Shown piece by piece: positions 22,683 through 33,121 of a DNA stretch of 64,000 nt. This stretch comes from Alphaproteobacteria bacterium. Its GTDB lineage: Bacteria > Pseudomonadota > Alphaproteobacteria > SMXQ01. Position 1 is the stretch's first letter, and each line of letters begins with the position of its first letter. The stretch lies in the NCBI GenBank assembly GCA_035714115.1, contig DASTMO010000033.1, positions 29,451-93,450 on the forward strand, in the 5' to 3' direction. A program made the position numbers and the translations under genes. The notes under the pieces were generated by a model. The model made no database searches and had not been told where the DNA came from. It worked only from the letters and a program-made list of their open reading frames with translations.

Positions 22683-23951
22683 TTAGTGCGGTAAAATAGT
22701 AGAAATGTGTGGCATCATTCCCGTCACTTTCAAAAACCAATCAACAAAATAGTTGACGGTACCTTCGGCAGCCTTCTTTTGAAGATGATCGAGAAGAGTT
22801 TGAAAGAACGTCGGCTTCTCTTTTTTGATGAGGGCGACTGCTTCTTGGAATGCGGCGTTGTTATCAATTTTTCCAGCCTCTACAACCTGCTCAATAAGTA
22901 GCAAGGCGGAGCGGACTCGCTCATCTGAACTCTCTATAACTTTCAAAATTAATGCGCGCCATTCTCGGGCGTCGTCACGTTCCTGCTGTACCACTTGGCC
23001 CATATATTCGAGGCTTCGCTGATCGTTGGCGCGATAGCGCGTTAACTGCTCGCGCAAATCGGCATTATCTCGCGCTGATAACATTAGTAAATCGCGTTGA
23101 TGTCTAACCTCCATCTCCGCGATTTGAAGGACGTGTTTCAATTCCATTATATCAGTTGGGTTAGTCAAAAAATCTTCAGGGCGGCGCCTTCCCGTAATGA
23201 CTTCATGGTAATCATTAAGTGTCTGTTCAATCACTTCTCGAGCGCCATCTGGTGTGTCGATAATTAATCGAACGAGCAGGTCTTCCTGCTCAATTCGAAC
23301 TTTTACATTAATGTCGGGGTACTTCTGCCGAATAACAGTGGCGAAGTGGGTTAGAATTTCCATGCCGGCTTTATAATAGTCGGGAGGAAATTGAATTGAT
23401 GTGTAGATGATGTTTTTGAAGTCGTTTGAAACGGAATCCGGCGATGTGTTGTCGATAATTGCATAGGCTGCCTCCGCAAATGCTTTGAGAAGCATTAGGT
23501 GGCAATAGACAGAGATTTTGAGGCCGCGTGATTTACCGCCTGAGAAATCTAAGAGCTTATAATAATCAAGGTTGATGCGGGTTAGATCTGCCTTTCCAGC
23601 ATCCTTGTTTCCCTCGGGAGTGCTGGCGGCCTCGAGTGCCGTGCTGACTAATTTTTCTAAACTAGCTTTAAACTTATCGTGTGCTGGTAATGCCGCCCCG
23701 ACCTGGTTGTGGAAGTACTCCCAGTCGATGCAGTTTCTTAGATTGCGCTGAATAGATAAGACCTCAAACTTAATGCGCTTTTGGTCCAAATCTTCCTTTG
23801 CGCGAGTTTGTAAATACTCCAGGCTTTCGCGAGTTTTGAAAATATTATCCATGAAATTGACCACCGTTCCTCCATCTCGCACGAGATATGTAATTGAGGT
23901 TTCGGCAGGTAGTTTTGATAGCACTAAAAATTTGAAGAAACGGTCAAACAT
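22683..23951 (-). CDS. Hypothetical protein, 422 aa, encoded by a strongly AT-rich (atypical-composition) insert; no recognisable catalytic motif
   Basis: Long uninterrupted ORF in a ~1.35-kb stretch whose GC content is far below flanks. Preferred start is second ATG (MFDRFFKF...) preceded by GGGGGGA at -6; first ATG at 23969 lacks an RBS. C-terminal half is predicted helical/coiled-coil (ELKHVLQIAEMEVRHQRDLLMLSARDNADLREQLTRY...). Confidence 0.7.
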   Translation of the reverse strand: MFDRFFKFLVLSKLPAETSITYLVRDGGTVVNFMDNIFKTRESLEYLQTRAKEDLDQKRIKFEVLSIQRNLRNCIDWEYFHNQVGAALPAHDKFKASLEKLVSTALEAASTPEGNKDAGKADLTRINLDYYKLLDFSGGKSRGLKISVYCHLMLLKAFAEAAYAIIDNTSPDSVSNDFKNIIYTSIQFPPDYYKAGMEILTHFATVIRQKYPDINVKVRIEQEDLLVRLIIDTPDGAREVIEQTLNDYHEVITGRRRPEDFLTNPTDIMELKHVLQIAEMEVRHQRDLLMLSARDNADLREQLTRYRANDQRSLEYMGQVVQQERDDAREWRALILKVIESSDERVRSALLLIEQVVEAGKIDNNAAFQEAVALIKKEKPTFFQTLLDHLQKKAAEGTVNYFVDWFLKVTGMMPHISTILPH

Positions 23952-24025
23952 AGTGTCCCCCCGGATCATCTACGTATTGAGTTTGTGGTGCTTCTTAAGA
24001 CTAAACGGGCTGCAATTAAGGGTCA

Positions 24026-25177
24026 TCAGCTAATGACGATGCGCGGGGCTTTGCGCGCCGCGCCGTCGATCTTCTCCCAGACCTTCTTGGCGATGGCGCG
24101 ATAGGCCTTGGCTTGCGGGCTGTCGGGCTGCGTCGCCGTGATCGGCGTGCCGGCGTCCGAGGTCTCGCGAATCGCGATATGGAGCGGCACTTCGCCGAGG
24201 CATTCGACGCCGATCTTCTCGGCTTCGGCCTTGGCGCCGCCATGTCCGAAGATGTGGGTTTCGTGGTTGCAGTTCGGGCAGACGAAGGTGCTCATGTTCT
24301 CGACGATGCCGAGCAGCGGCACTTCGACTTTCTTGAACATGTTGATGCCCTTGCGCGCATCCAAGAGCGCGATGTCCTGCGGCGTCGAGACGATCACCGC
24401 GCCGGCCAGTGGCACGCGCTGCGCCATGGTGAGCTGGGCGTCGCCGGTGCCGGGCGGCATGTCGACGATCAGCACGTCCAACTCGTCCCAGGCGACGTCG
24501 CGCAGCAATTGCTCCAACGCGCCGATCACCATCGGGCCGCGCCAGATCATTGGCGAATCTTCCGGCACGATGAAGCCCATCGACATGGCCTTGAGGCCAT
24601 AAGCCTCCATCGGCTTGAGGCGCTTGTCGCCGGTCGGCTCGGGCTTGCCCTTGATGCCGAGCAGGCGCGGCACCGAGGGGCCGTAGATGTCGGCGTCCAA
24701 GAGCCCGACCTTCTTGCCTTCGGCGACGAGGCCCAAGGCCAGGTTCACGGCGACGGTGGACTTGCCGACGCCGCCCTTGCCCGAGGCCACCGCGACGATG
24801 TGCTTCACACCCGGCACGAAGGGCTTGGCGGCGGGGGCTTGTCCGGTGGCGGCCTGGCGGCGCGCCGTCTGCACATCGGAGCCTGCTGCGGCAGGCGCGG
24901 CTTTTTCCGCCGCCCCCGCGCCGGAGGCGCGTTCCGCTGTGAGCACGGCGCTGACCGAGGTGACGCCGGGAAGGCGCATCACCGCGTCCTCGGCGGCTTT
25001 GCGCAGCGGCTCCATATGCGGGCCGCGCTGCGCGTCGACTTCGATCATGAAGGCGACGTTGCCGCCGCGCAGGGTCACGCCCTTAACCATGTCGAGGCTG
25101 ACGATGCTGCCGCCGCGCTCATTGTCGATGACGGTGTGAAGCGCCGCGAGAACGTCGCGGTCGGTAAGGCCGGCCAT
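24026..25177 (-). CDS. apbC: Fe-S cluster carrier ATPase Mrp/ApbC (NBP35 family)
   Basis: Start re-set to MAGLTDRDVLAALHTV; 'IVAVASGKGGVGKST' deviant Walker A, 'CPNCNHE' C-motif, N-terminal MIP18-like domain. Confidence 0.9.
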   Translation of the reverse strand: MAGLTDRDVLAALHTVIDNERGGSIVSLDMVKGVTLRGGNVAFMIEVDAQRGPHMEPLRKAAEDAVMRLPGVTSVSAVLTAERASGAGAAEKAAPAAAGSDVQTARRQAATGQAPAAKPFVPGVKHIVAVASGKGGVGKSTVAVNLALGLVAEGKKVGLLDADIYGPSVPRLLGIKGKPEPTGDKRLKPMEAYGLKAMSMGFIVPEDSPMIWRGPMVIGALEQLLRDVAWDELDVLIVDMPPGTGDAQLTMAQRVPLAGAVIVSTPQDIALLDARKGINMFKKVEVPLLGIVENMSTFVCPNCNHETHIFGHGGAKAEAEKIGVECLGEVPLHIAIRETSDAGTPITATQPDSPQAKAYRAIAKKVWEKIDGAARKAPRIVIS

Positions 25178-25336
25178 CTTGAAAACCGCTGTAATTACAC
25201 AATTTATTGACCTGTCGCGGCGTTCGCTTCGCGTTGCGCCAGGGGTCAAGCTGTCATATAAGGCAGTACCCAATTTGTTGCAAAGACATGGTTTCCGTCC
25301 CTCGGGGGTGCGAAGCCCGACACGAAGGAAAAATAC

Positions 25337-26509
25337 ATGCCTTGGTCAAATCAGGGGGGCGGTGGCCCGTGGGGTTCGAGCGGCGGCGGAGGCAGCTCCG
25401 GCGGCGGCAATGGCGGCGGGGGCGGCAATAGCCCCTGGGGGCGCGGCTCCGGCGGCAATAACGGCCCGCAGCCGCCCAATATCGAAGACCTGATCCGGCG
25501 CAGCCAGGATCGTTTCAAGAAAGCTTTCCCGGGCGGTTCGGGCGGCGGCAACAACACCGGCGTGATCGCCGTCGTCGGCTCGCTGGCCGTCGCCATCCTG
25601 CTGGTGATGCTCTGCACCTACCGCGTCCAGCCGGACGAGCAGGGCGTCGTGCTGCGCTTCGGCGAATGGGTGCGCACCGCCACGCCGGGCCTGAACTTCA
25701 AGCTGCCCGACCCGATCGAGACGGTGACCAAGCCGAAGGTGACGCGCGTCAACCGCGTCGACGTCGGTTTCCGCGCCCTTGGCCCGGCCAATGCGCAGAC
25801 CATGCGTCCGCTGCCCGAAGAGGCGCTGATGCTGACCGGCGACGAGAATATCGTCGACATCAACTTCACGGTGTTCTGGGTCATCCGCGACGCCGGCAAG
25901 TATCTCTTCAACGTGCGCGATCCCGAGCAAACCGTGAAGGCCGCCGCCGAAAGCGCCATGCGCGAGATCATCGGCCGCACGCCGATCCAGCCGATCCTCG
26001 CCGAAGGACGCCGCAAGGTGGAGCAGGACGCCATCGTGCTCTTGCAGCGCATCATGGACGAATACGGCACCGGCATCGAGATCACCCAGATGCAGCTGCA
26101 GAAGGTCGATCCGCCGGCCTCCGTCGTCGAATCCTTCCGCGACGTGCAGCGCGCCCGCGCCGACCTGGAGCGCGCCCGCAACGAAGCCGAAGCCTACCGC
26201 AACGACATCATCCCGCGCGCGCGCGGCGAGGCCGAGCGCCTGATCCAGGAGGCCGAAGCCTACAAGCAGCAGATCGTCGCGCAGGCGGAAGGCGATGCCA
26301 ACCGCTTCCTCGCGGTCTATCGCCAGTTCGCGCTGGCCAAGGACATCACCCAGCAGCGCATCTATCTCGAGACCATGGAAGAGATTCTGCGCCGCACCAA
26401 CAAGGTCGTCATCGACCAGGCGCAGGGCAGCCAGGGCGTCGTGCCTTATCTGCCGCTGCCGGAATTGCAGAAGCGAACGCCTGACAGCCAGACGGGAGCC
26501 GGCCGATGA
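25337..26509 (+). CDS. hflK: FtsH protease modulator HflK
   Basis: Gly-rich N-terminus, TM helix, then band-7/SPFH domain 'YRVQPDEQGVVLRFGEW'; immediately followed by overlapping hflC. Confidence 0.9.
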   Translation: MPWSNQGGGGPWGSSGGGGSSGGGNGGGGGNSPWGRGSGGNNGPQPPNIEDLIRRSQDRFKKAFPGGSGGGNNTGVIAVVGSLAVAILLVMLCTYRVQPDEQGVVLRFGEWVRTATPGLNFKLPDPIETVTKPKVTRVNRVDVGFRALGPANAQTMRPLPEEALMLTGDENIVDINFTVFWVIRDAGKYLFNVRDPEQTVKAAAESAMREIIGRTPIQPILAEGRRKVEQDAIVLLQRIMDEYGTGIEITQMQLQKVDPPASVVESFRDVQRARADLERARNEAEAYRNDIIPRARGEAERLIQEAEAYKQQIVAQAEGDANRFLAVYRQFALAKDITQQRIYLETMEEILRRTNKVVIDQAQGSQGVVPYLPLPELQKRTPDSQTGAGR

Positions 26510-27396
26510 ACCGCAATCTCACCATCGCCGGCGTCGTCGCCGCCGTTCTCGTCATCATCGGCCTGAGCGCGACCTTCATCGTGCAGCAGACCGAACAGGT
26601 CATCGTGCTGCGCTTCGGCAACCCCGTGCGCGTCATCAACGAGCCGGGCCTGAAGTTCAAGCTGCCGCTCGCTGAAACCATCGTGGTGTTCGACAAGCGC
26701 GTGCTCGACAGCGACCCGGAGGCGGAAGAAGTCATCGCCTCCGACCAGAAGCGCCTGGTGGTCGACGCCTTCGCGCGCTACCGCATCGTCGATCCGCTGC
26801 GCTTCTTCCAGACGGTGGGCAACGAGCAGGGCTTGCGCGCCCGCTTGGAGCGCGTCGTCAACGGCACGCTCCGCAACGTCATCGGCAATGTCACGCTCAT
26901 CGCCGTGCTCTCGGAAGAGCGCGCCGCGATCATGAGCGAGATCCAGAAGCAGGTGCAGGAAGAGGCCAAGACCTTCGGCATCGACGTGATCGACGTGCGC
27001 ATCCGCCGCGCCGATCTGCCGCAGGCCAACAGCGAGGCCATCTTCGCGCGCATGAAGTCTGAACGCGATCGCGAGGCCAAAGAGTTCCGCGCCCAGGGCG
27101 CCGAACTGGCCCAGCGCATCCGCGCCCGCGCCGACCGCGAACGCACGGTGCTGATCGCCGACGCCCAGAAGCAGGCGCAGATCCTGCGCGGCGACGGCGA
27201 CGGCCAGCAGGTGGAGATCTGGGCCAAGGCCGCCGGCCAGGATCCGAGCTTCTTCGCCTTCTACCGCTCCATGGAGGCCTATCGTCAGGCGTTCGGCGCC
27301 GACACGACGATGGTACTCTCGCCGGACAGCGACTTCTTCCGCTTCTTCGGCTCCATGACAGGCCGGCCGCAATCGACGGCGCCGGCGCGGCGATAA
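26506..27396 (+). CDS. hflC: FtsH protease modulator HflC
   Basis: ATGA overlap with hflK; TM helix then SPFH domain 'FIVQQTEQVIVLRFGNPVRVINEPGLKFKLP'. Confidence 0.9.
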   Translation: MNRNLTIAGVVAAVLVIIGLSATFIVQQTEQVIVLRFGNPVRVINEPGLKFKLPLAETIVVFDKRVLDSDPEAEEVIASDQKRLVVDAFARYRIVDPLRFFQTVGNEQGLRARLERVVNGTLRNVIGNVTLIAVLSEERAAIMSEIQKQVQEEAKTFGIDVIDVRIRRADLPQANSEAIFARMKSERDREAKEFRAQGAELAQRIRARADRERTVLIADAQKQAQILRGDGDGQQVEIWAKAAGQDPSFFAFYRSMEAYRQAFGADTTMVLSPDSDFFRFFGSMTGRPQSTAPARR

Positions 27397-27660
27397 GCGG
27401 CGTTAACCGCCGCTGAAACCGGCGGCGATATCGCGCGTTAACATCTGCGTGAGGGGCGCGTTTTGCCCCTCACGCGCCGCCTCACGCCCCATTTCCGTCA
27501 TAATCGAATCCTAGGTGTGGAGCCTAGCGCGGTCCGAATGCGCCGCCGCCACGACGTAAAAATCGTCGCGGGGGTGGATTGCAAAACGCATTCGGGCCGG
27601 TAACCTGACCGTCCAGGCACGCGACCCCCGGGCTCATCCCGCCGGCCGCTTACAGGTCGA

Positions 27661-29202
27661 ATGGAGAAGAATGCCGTGACCCAGCCCCAGACCCTCGCGC
27701 CGCTCCCGTCGCGGACAGCGCAAGCCAAGTCCAAATTCCGCCTTCGCAGCGCTTTCGCCGCGCTGCTCGTTTTCAGCTTCGCGCTGCCGACCGCCAACAT
27801 CGCCTTGGCGCAGCGCGCGCCGGACGGCTTCGCCGATCTGGCCGAGAAGCTGCTGCCGGCGGTTGTGAACATCTCCACCACCCAGACCCAGCGCCAGGCC
27901 GAGCGCGGCCCGCAGCCGCGCGGCCCGGAAATCCCGCAATTCCCGCCGGGCTCGCCGTTCGAGGAGTTCTTCCGCGACTTCTTCGACCGCAACCGCCCCG
28001 ACTCGCAGCAGCAGTCCAAGAAAGTCACCTCGCTCGGCTCCGGCTTCATCGTCGACGCCTCGGGCTACGTGGTCACCAACAACCACGTGATCGAGGACGC
28101 CGATGAGATCACCGTCATCCTGCATGACGACACCAATCTGAAGGCCAAGCTGATCGGCCGCGACAAGAACACCGATCTTGCCGTGCTCAAGGTCGAAAGC
28201 AGCAAGCCGCTGCCCTTCGTGAAGTTCGGCGATTCGGACAAGTCCCGCGTCGGCGACTGGGTCGTGGCCATCGGCAATCCGTTCGGCCTCGGCGGCACGG
28301 TGACCGCCGGCATCATCTCGGCGCGCGCGCGCGACATCCAGTCGGGCCCGTACGACGACTACATCCAGACCGACGCCTCGATCAATCGCGGCAACTCGGG
28401 CGGCCCGATGTTCAACCTGGCCGGCGACGTCATCGGCATCAACACGGCGATCTTCTCGCCGTCGGGCGGCAGCGTCGGCATCGGCTTCGCCATTCCGTCG
28501 GCCCTCGCCAAGCCGGTCGTCGACCAGCTGAGGACCACCGGCAAGATCCGCCGCGGCTGGCTCGGCGTGCGCATCCAGCAGGTCACCGAAGAGATTGCCG
28601 AAAGCCTGGGTCTCAACAAGCCACGCGGCGCGCTCGTCGCCGGCGTCACCGATGGCGGCCCCGCTGAAAAGGGCGGGCTGGAGTCGGGCGACGTGGTGCT
28701 GACCTTCGACGGCAAGGACGTCAACGAGATGCGCCGCCTGCCGCGCATCGTCGCCGAGACGCCAGTCGACAAGGACGTGCCGGTCACCGTCTGGCGCAAG
28801 GGCAAGGAGCAGTCCGTGCGCGTGAAGGTCGGCGAACTGAAGGAAGACCAGACCGCCTCGGCGACGCCGTCCACCGGCGAATCGCAGCGCGGCAATCCGC
28901 AGGGCGCGGTCAGCGTCCTCGGCATGGGCCTGTCCGACGTCAATGGCCGCCTGCGCGAGCAGTTCCGCTTGCCCAACGACGCCAAGGGCGTCGTCGTGGT
29001 CGACGTGCAGGGCGCGAGCCCGGCCGGCGAGAAGGGCATCCGCGCCGGCGACCTCGTGCTCGAAGTGGCGCAGGACAAGGTCGAGAACGCCAACGACGTG
29101 AAGTCGCGCATCGACAAGGCCAAGGCCGCCAAGCGCAAGTCGATTCTGCTGCTCGTCGAGCGTCAGGGCGATCAGCGTTTCGTCGTGCTGCCGCTCGGCT
29201 AA
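27661..29202 (+). CDS. Periplasmic serine endoprotease DegP/DegQ (HtrA family)
   Basis: Signal peptide; trypsin fold with 'GNSGGPMFN' (GNSGG catalytic Ser) and two PDZ domains; hflKC-degP order typical of Rhizobiales. Confidence 0.9.
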   Translation: MEKNAVTQPQTLAPLPSRTAQAKSKFRLRSAFAALLVFSFALPTANIALAQRAPDGFADLAEKLLPAVVNISTTQTQRQAERGPQPRGPEIPQFPPGSPFEEFFRDFFDRNRPDSQQQSKKVTSLGSGFIVDASGYVVTNNHVIEDADEITVILHDDTNLKAKLIGRDKNTDLAVLKVESSKPLPFVKFGDSDKSRVGDWVVAIGNPFGLGGTVTAGIISARARDIQSGPYDDYIQTDASINRGNSGGPMFNLAGDVIGINTAIFSPSGGSVGIGFAIPSALAKPVVDQLRTTGKIRRGWLGVRIQQVTEEIAESLGLNKPRGALVAGVTDGGPAEKGGLESGDVVLTFDGKDVNEMRRLPRIVAETPVDKDVPVTVWRKGKEQSVRVKVGELKEDQTASATPSTGESQRGNPQGAVSVLGMGLSDVNGRLREQFRLPNDAKGVVVVDVQGASPAGEKGIRAGDLVLEVAQDKVENANDVKSRIDKAKAAKRKSILLLVERQGDQRFVVLPLG

Positions 29203-29224
29203 GCCGCGCTAAAGGCTGAAACGA

Positions 29225-29258
29225 AAACGGCGCCGGAATATCCGGCGCCGTTTTTCTT
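29225..29258. terminator. Bidirectional Rho-independent terminator between degP (+) and serB (-)
   Basis: 'aaaacggcgccggaatatccggcgccgttttt' perfect GC stem flanked by A- and T-runs. Confidence 0.7.
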
Positions 29259-29275
29259 TGTCTGCTGCGGAGCGA

Positions 29276-30202
29276 TCAGTCCGGCACATATTCTTCGGTG
29301 CCGAGGAATTCGTCCTGGCGATAGCCTTGCAGGTAGAGGAGGGCGGTGAGGTCGCCATGGTTGACGCGGATCTTCGCCGCCGCCGCCACTGTGGGCTTGG
29401 CGTGATAGGCGACGCCGAGACCGGCGGCCTGCAACATGGGCAGATCGTTCGCGCCGTCGCCGACCGACATGGTCTGCGACAGATCGAGATGGTTCTGCTG
29501 CGCCAGCGCTTCGAGCGCCGCGAGCTTGGCGTTCTTGTCGAGGATCGGCTCACGCACGGTGCCGAGAATCTGGCGGCCGTCGGTGAGCAGCTCGTTGGCC
29601 TGCTCGTAGTCGAAGCCGAGCATGGTGCGGATGTTGCGGGTGAAATAGCCGAAGCCGCCCGAGACCAGCGCGCAGAAGGCGCCATCGTTGCGCATGGTCG
29701 CGACCAGCGGGCGCGCGCCCGGCATGATCTCGACGCGCAGCATCGCTTCGTTGAGCACCGTGGCCGGCAAGCCTTTCAGCAAGGCGACGCGCTCGCGCAC
29801 CGCGGCGGCGAAGTCCAGCTCGCCGTTCATCGCGCGCGTGGTGATGTCGGCGACCTTGTCCTTGAGGCCGACATAGTCGGCCAGCTCGTCGAGCATTTCG
29901 TTGCGGATGATCGTCGATTCCATGTCGGCGACCAGCAGCTTCTTCTGGCGGCCCGCGGCGGGCAATTCGTTGACGTCGACCGGGCGGCCTTCGAGGCGTT
30001 GGCGCACGGCGGCATGGGCGTCGTCGGCCCGCAGCTGCGTCTGGGTCTGGAAGGCGATCTCGGCGGCGATGCCGGGCGCGAGCCAGACGATGGGGCCGGG
30101 TTCGGTGCCGCGCTCATGCAGGATGGCGCGCGCGATCTCGGCGGTTTCCGCGTCGAGTTGCGGTTTTTCGGGATTGCCGATCAGGCTGAGGATATGTTCC
30201 AT
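29276..30202 (-). CDS. serB: Phosphoserine phosphatase
   Basis: Start re-set to MEHILSLIGN; HAD motifs 'LLVADMESTII' (DxD/T-like), 'GDGANDLPML'. Confidence 0.85.
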   Translation of the reverse strand: MEHILSLIGNPEKPQLDAETAEIARAILHERGTEPGPIVWLAPGIAAEIAFQTQTQLRADDAHAAVRQRLEGRPVDVNELPAAGRQKKLLVADMESTIIRNEMLDELADYVGLKDKVADITTRAMNGELDFAAAVRERVALLKGLPATVLNEAMLRVEIMPGARPLVATMRNDGAFCALVSGGFGYFTRNIRTMLGFDYEQANELLTDGRQILGTVREPILDKNAKLAALEALAQQNHLDLSQTMSVGDGANDLPMLQAAGLGVAYHAKPTVAAAAKIRVNHGDLTALLYLQGYRQDEFLGTEEYVPD

Positions 30203-30261
30203 GGGCGCGCATATTGGTTGCGGCGCATGCCGATGGCAACCGCATAACAATGCGATGAGCG

Positions 30262-31236
30262 GTGAATAACGTTCTGTCAGATTGGCTCTTGGTTATCGGC
30301 GGCCCGACGGCTTCGGGCAAGTCGGCGCTCGCGCTCGCTCTGGCGGAAAAGCTGGCCCTCGAAGGGATGGGGGGCGCGATCATCAATGCCGACAGCATGC
30401 AGATCTATCGCGGCCTGCCGATCCTGACCGCCCAGCCCTGTGCGGCCGACTTGGCGCGCGCGCCGCATCTGCTCTATGGCGCGCTCGACATCGCCGAGAC
30501 CTGCTCGGCCGGGCGCTGGCTGGAGATGGCGACGGCGGCCATCGCCGAGGCACGCGCCCAAGGCCGGCTGCCGATCGTCGTCGGCGGCACCGGGCTTTAT
30601 CTGCGTTCGTTGACCGGCGGGCTGGCGCCGATCCCGCCGATCCCCGAAGCGGTGCGCGCCGCGACCCGCGCGCGTCTCGCCGAGATCGGCCCGGCGGCGT
30701 TCCATGGTGAATTGGCGGCGCGCGATCCGGAAATGGCGGCGCGCCTGCGCCCGAGCGATTCGCAGCGCCTGTCGCGAGCGGCCGAAGTGCTGGCGGCCAC
30801 CGGCCGGTCGCTGGCCGACTGGCAGCGCGACGCCGCGCCGCCGCCGGTCGAGGGGCGGATCCGCACCATCCTGCTCAGCCCGCCGCGGGGTGAACTCTAT
30901 GCCGCCTGCGACGCGCGCTTTGCCGCGATGCTGGCGCAGGGGGCGTTGGAGGAGGCGGCGGGAGTGGCCGCGCGCATTGAAGCCGAGGCCTTGGTCGACA
31001 GCCTGCCGGCGCTGAAAACCCTGGGTCTTCGCGAATTGATTGCCTTTTCAAAGGGTTCGCTCGATCTGGCGGGGGCGACGGCGGCCGCCCAGCAGGCCAC
31101 CCGCAATTATGCCAAGCGCCAGACCACCTGGTTCCGGGGGCAGTTTCTTGCGGGATATACGGTCGATGAGAAATTAAATGAACGATCTGTGACCGATTCG
31201 GCGAAGAAAATTATAGATTGGCTCTTGACCCCCTAA
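30262..31236 (+). CDS. miaA: tRNA dimethylallyltransferase
   Basis: P-loop 'VIGGPTASGKSALA', 'NADSMQIYRGLPILTAQP' typical MiaA; serB-miaA divergent pair. Confidence 0.9.
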   Translation: MNNVLSDWLLVIGGPTASGKSALALALAEKLALEGMGGAIINADSMQIYRGLPILTAQPCAADLARAPHLLYGALDIAETCSAGRWLEMATAAIAEARAQGRLPIVVGGTGLYLRSLTGGLAPIPPIPEAVRAATRARLAEIGPAAFHGELAARDPEMAARLRPSDSQRLSRAAEVLAATGRSLADWQRDAAPPPVEGRIRTILLSPPRGELYAACDARFAAMLAQGALEEAAGVAARIEAEALVDSLPALKTLGLRELIAFSKGSLDLAGATAAAQQATRNYAKRQTTWFRGQFLAGYTVDEKLNERSVTDSAKKIIDWLLTP

Positions 31237-31351
31237 GGCGAAGACCCTAGGTTACGCCTCCCTTGCCACCCCTTGTGCATTGCAACACGCGTCATGCCTG
31301 CGTGGGCGGCTTTGTTTTCCGGGCCATGCCGGCCCCCATTGATCGACCCTG

Positions 31352-33121
31352 GTGAGTGCTATGAAGAACGCGCAGATGTCCGGAGCGGAAATCCTCCTCA
31401 AAGCCCTGGCTGAGCAGGGCGTCGAGGTCGTCTTCGGCTATCCCGGCGGCGCGGTTCTGCCGATCTACGACGCGCTCTATCAGCAAAAGGCGATCCGTCA
31501 CGTCCTGGTGCGCCAGGAAGGCGGCGCGGTGCATGCAGCCGAAGGCTATGCGCGCTCCACCGGCAAAGTCGGCGTGGTGCTCGTGACCTCCGGCCCCGGC
31601 GCGACCAATGCCGTCACCGGCCTGACCGACGCGCTGATGGACAGCATTCCGGTCATCTGCCTGACCGGCCAGGTGCCGACGCATCTGATCGGCAACGACG
31701 CTTTCCAGGAAGCCGACACGACCGGCATCACGCGTCCCTGCACCAAGCACAACTACCTGGTGAAGGACGTGAACGATCTCGCGCGCGTCGTGCACGAGGC
31801 CTTCTACGTGGCGACCAACGGCCGCCCCGGCCCGGTGGTCATCGACCTGCCGAAGGACGTGCTGCAGACCAAGGGCGCTTATAAAGCCGACACCGCGACC
31901 GAGCACCGCAGCTACAAGCCGCAGGTGCGCGGCGAGGCCGATGCCATCGATCAGGCGATCGAGCTGATCGCCAACGCCAAGCGCCCGATCTTCTACACCG
32001 GCGGCGGCGTGATCAATTCGGGCAACCAGGCCTCCAAGCTGCTCACTGAATTCGTGAAGCTGACCGGCTATCCGATCACCAACACGCTGATGGGCCTCGG
32101 CGCCTATCCGGGTTCGGACAAGCAATTCGTCGGCATGCTCGGCATGCACGGCACGTACGAGGCGAATCTCGCCATGTACAACTGCGACGTGATGATCAAC
32201 GTCGGCGCGCGCTTCGACGACCGCGTGACGGGCAAGATCACCGAGTTCTCGCCCAAGTCGAAGAAGATCCATATCGACATCGATCCCAGCTCGATCAACA
32301 AGAACGTGCTGGTCGACCTGCCGATCGTCGGCGACGTCGCGACCGTGCTGCGCCAATTGATGCAGCGCTGGAAGAGCGGCGGCTATAAGACCGATAAGAA
32401 GGCTCTCGCTGCTTGGTGGAAGCAGATCGACCAGTGGCGCGCGCGCGACTGCCTGGCCTACGAGCAGACCAAGAAGATCATTAAGCCGCAGTACGCCTTG
32501 CAACGCCTGCAGGAACTGACGAAGAACCGCGACACCTACATCACCACGGAAGTGGGTCAGCATCAGATGTGGGCGGCGCAGTTCCTCAAGTTCGAGAGCC
32601 CGCGCCACTGGATGACCTCCGGCGGCCTCGGCACCATGGGCTACGGCCTGCCCGCGGCCATCGGCGCGCAGATCGCGCATCCGAAGGCGCTCGTCGTCGA
32701 TGTGGCCGGCGAAGCTTCTATCATGATGAACATCCAGGAGCTCTCGACGGCGCGCCAGTACCGCCTGCCGGTCAAGATTTTCATCCTGAACAACCAGTAC
32801 ATGGGCATGGTGCGCCAGTGGCAGGAGCTGCTGCACGGCAGCCGCTATTCGGAAAGCTACATGGAGAGCCTGCCGGACTTCGTGAAGCTCGCCGAATCGT
32901 TCGGCGGCGTCGGCCTGCGGGCCCACAAGCCCGAGGAATTGGACGACGTGATCAAGGAGATGATCGCGACCGACAATTTCGTCATCGCCGACATCATGGT
33001 CGATCAGACCGAGAACTGCTTCCCGATGATCCCGTCGGGCGCCGCCCATTACGACATGCTGCTCGGTCCGGCCGACAAGGCCGCCCGCCCCGTGTCGGAA
33101 GAGGGCATGGTCCTCGTCTAA
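31352..33121 (+). CDS. ilvI: Acetolactate synthase large subunit
   Basis: 'SGAEILLKALAEQGVEVVFGYPGGAVLPIYDAL', TPP-binding 'GLGTMGYGLPAAIGAQ'; 589 aa. Confidence 0.95.
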   Translation: MSAMKNAQMSGAEILLKALAEQGVEVVFGYPGGAVLPIYDALYQQKAIRHVLVRQEGGAVHAAEGYARSTGKVGVVLVTSGPGATNAVTGLTDALMDSIPVICLTGQVPTHLIGNDAFQEADTTGITRPCTKHNYLVKDVNDLARVVHEAFYVATNGRPGPVVIDLPKDVLQTKGAYKADTATEHRSYKPQVRGEADAIDQAIELIANAKRPIFYTGGGVINSGNQASKLLTEFVKLTGYPITNTLMGLGAYPGSDKQFVGMLGMHGTYEANLAMYNCDVMINVGARFDDRVTGKITEFSPKSKKIHIDIDPSSINKNVLVDLPIVGDVATVLRQLMQRWKSGGYKTDKKALAAWWKQIDQWRARDCLAYEQTKKIIKPQYALQRLQELTKNRDTYITTEVGQHQMWAAQFLKFESPRHWMTSGGLGTMGYGLPAAIGAQIAHPKALVVDVAGEASIMMNIQELSTARQYRLPVKIFILNNQYMGMVRQWQELLHGSRYSESYMESLPDFVKLAESFGGVGLRAHKPEELDDVIKEMIATDNFVIADIMVDQTENCFPMIPSGAAHYDMLLGPADKAARPVSEEGMVLV

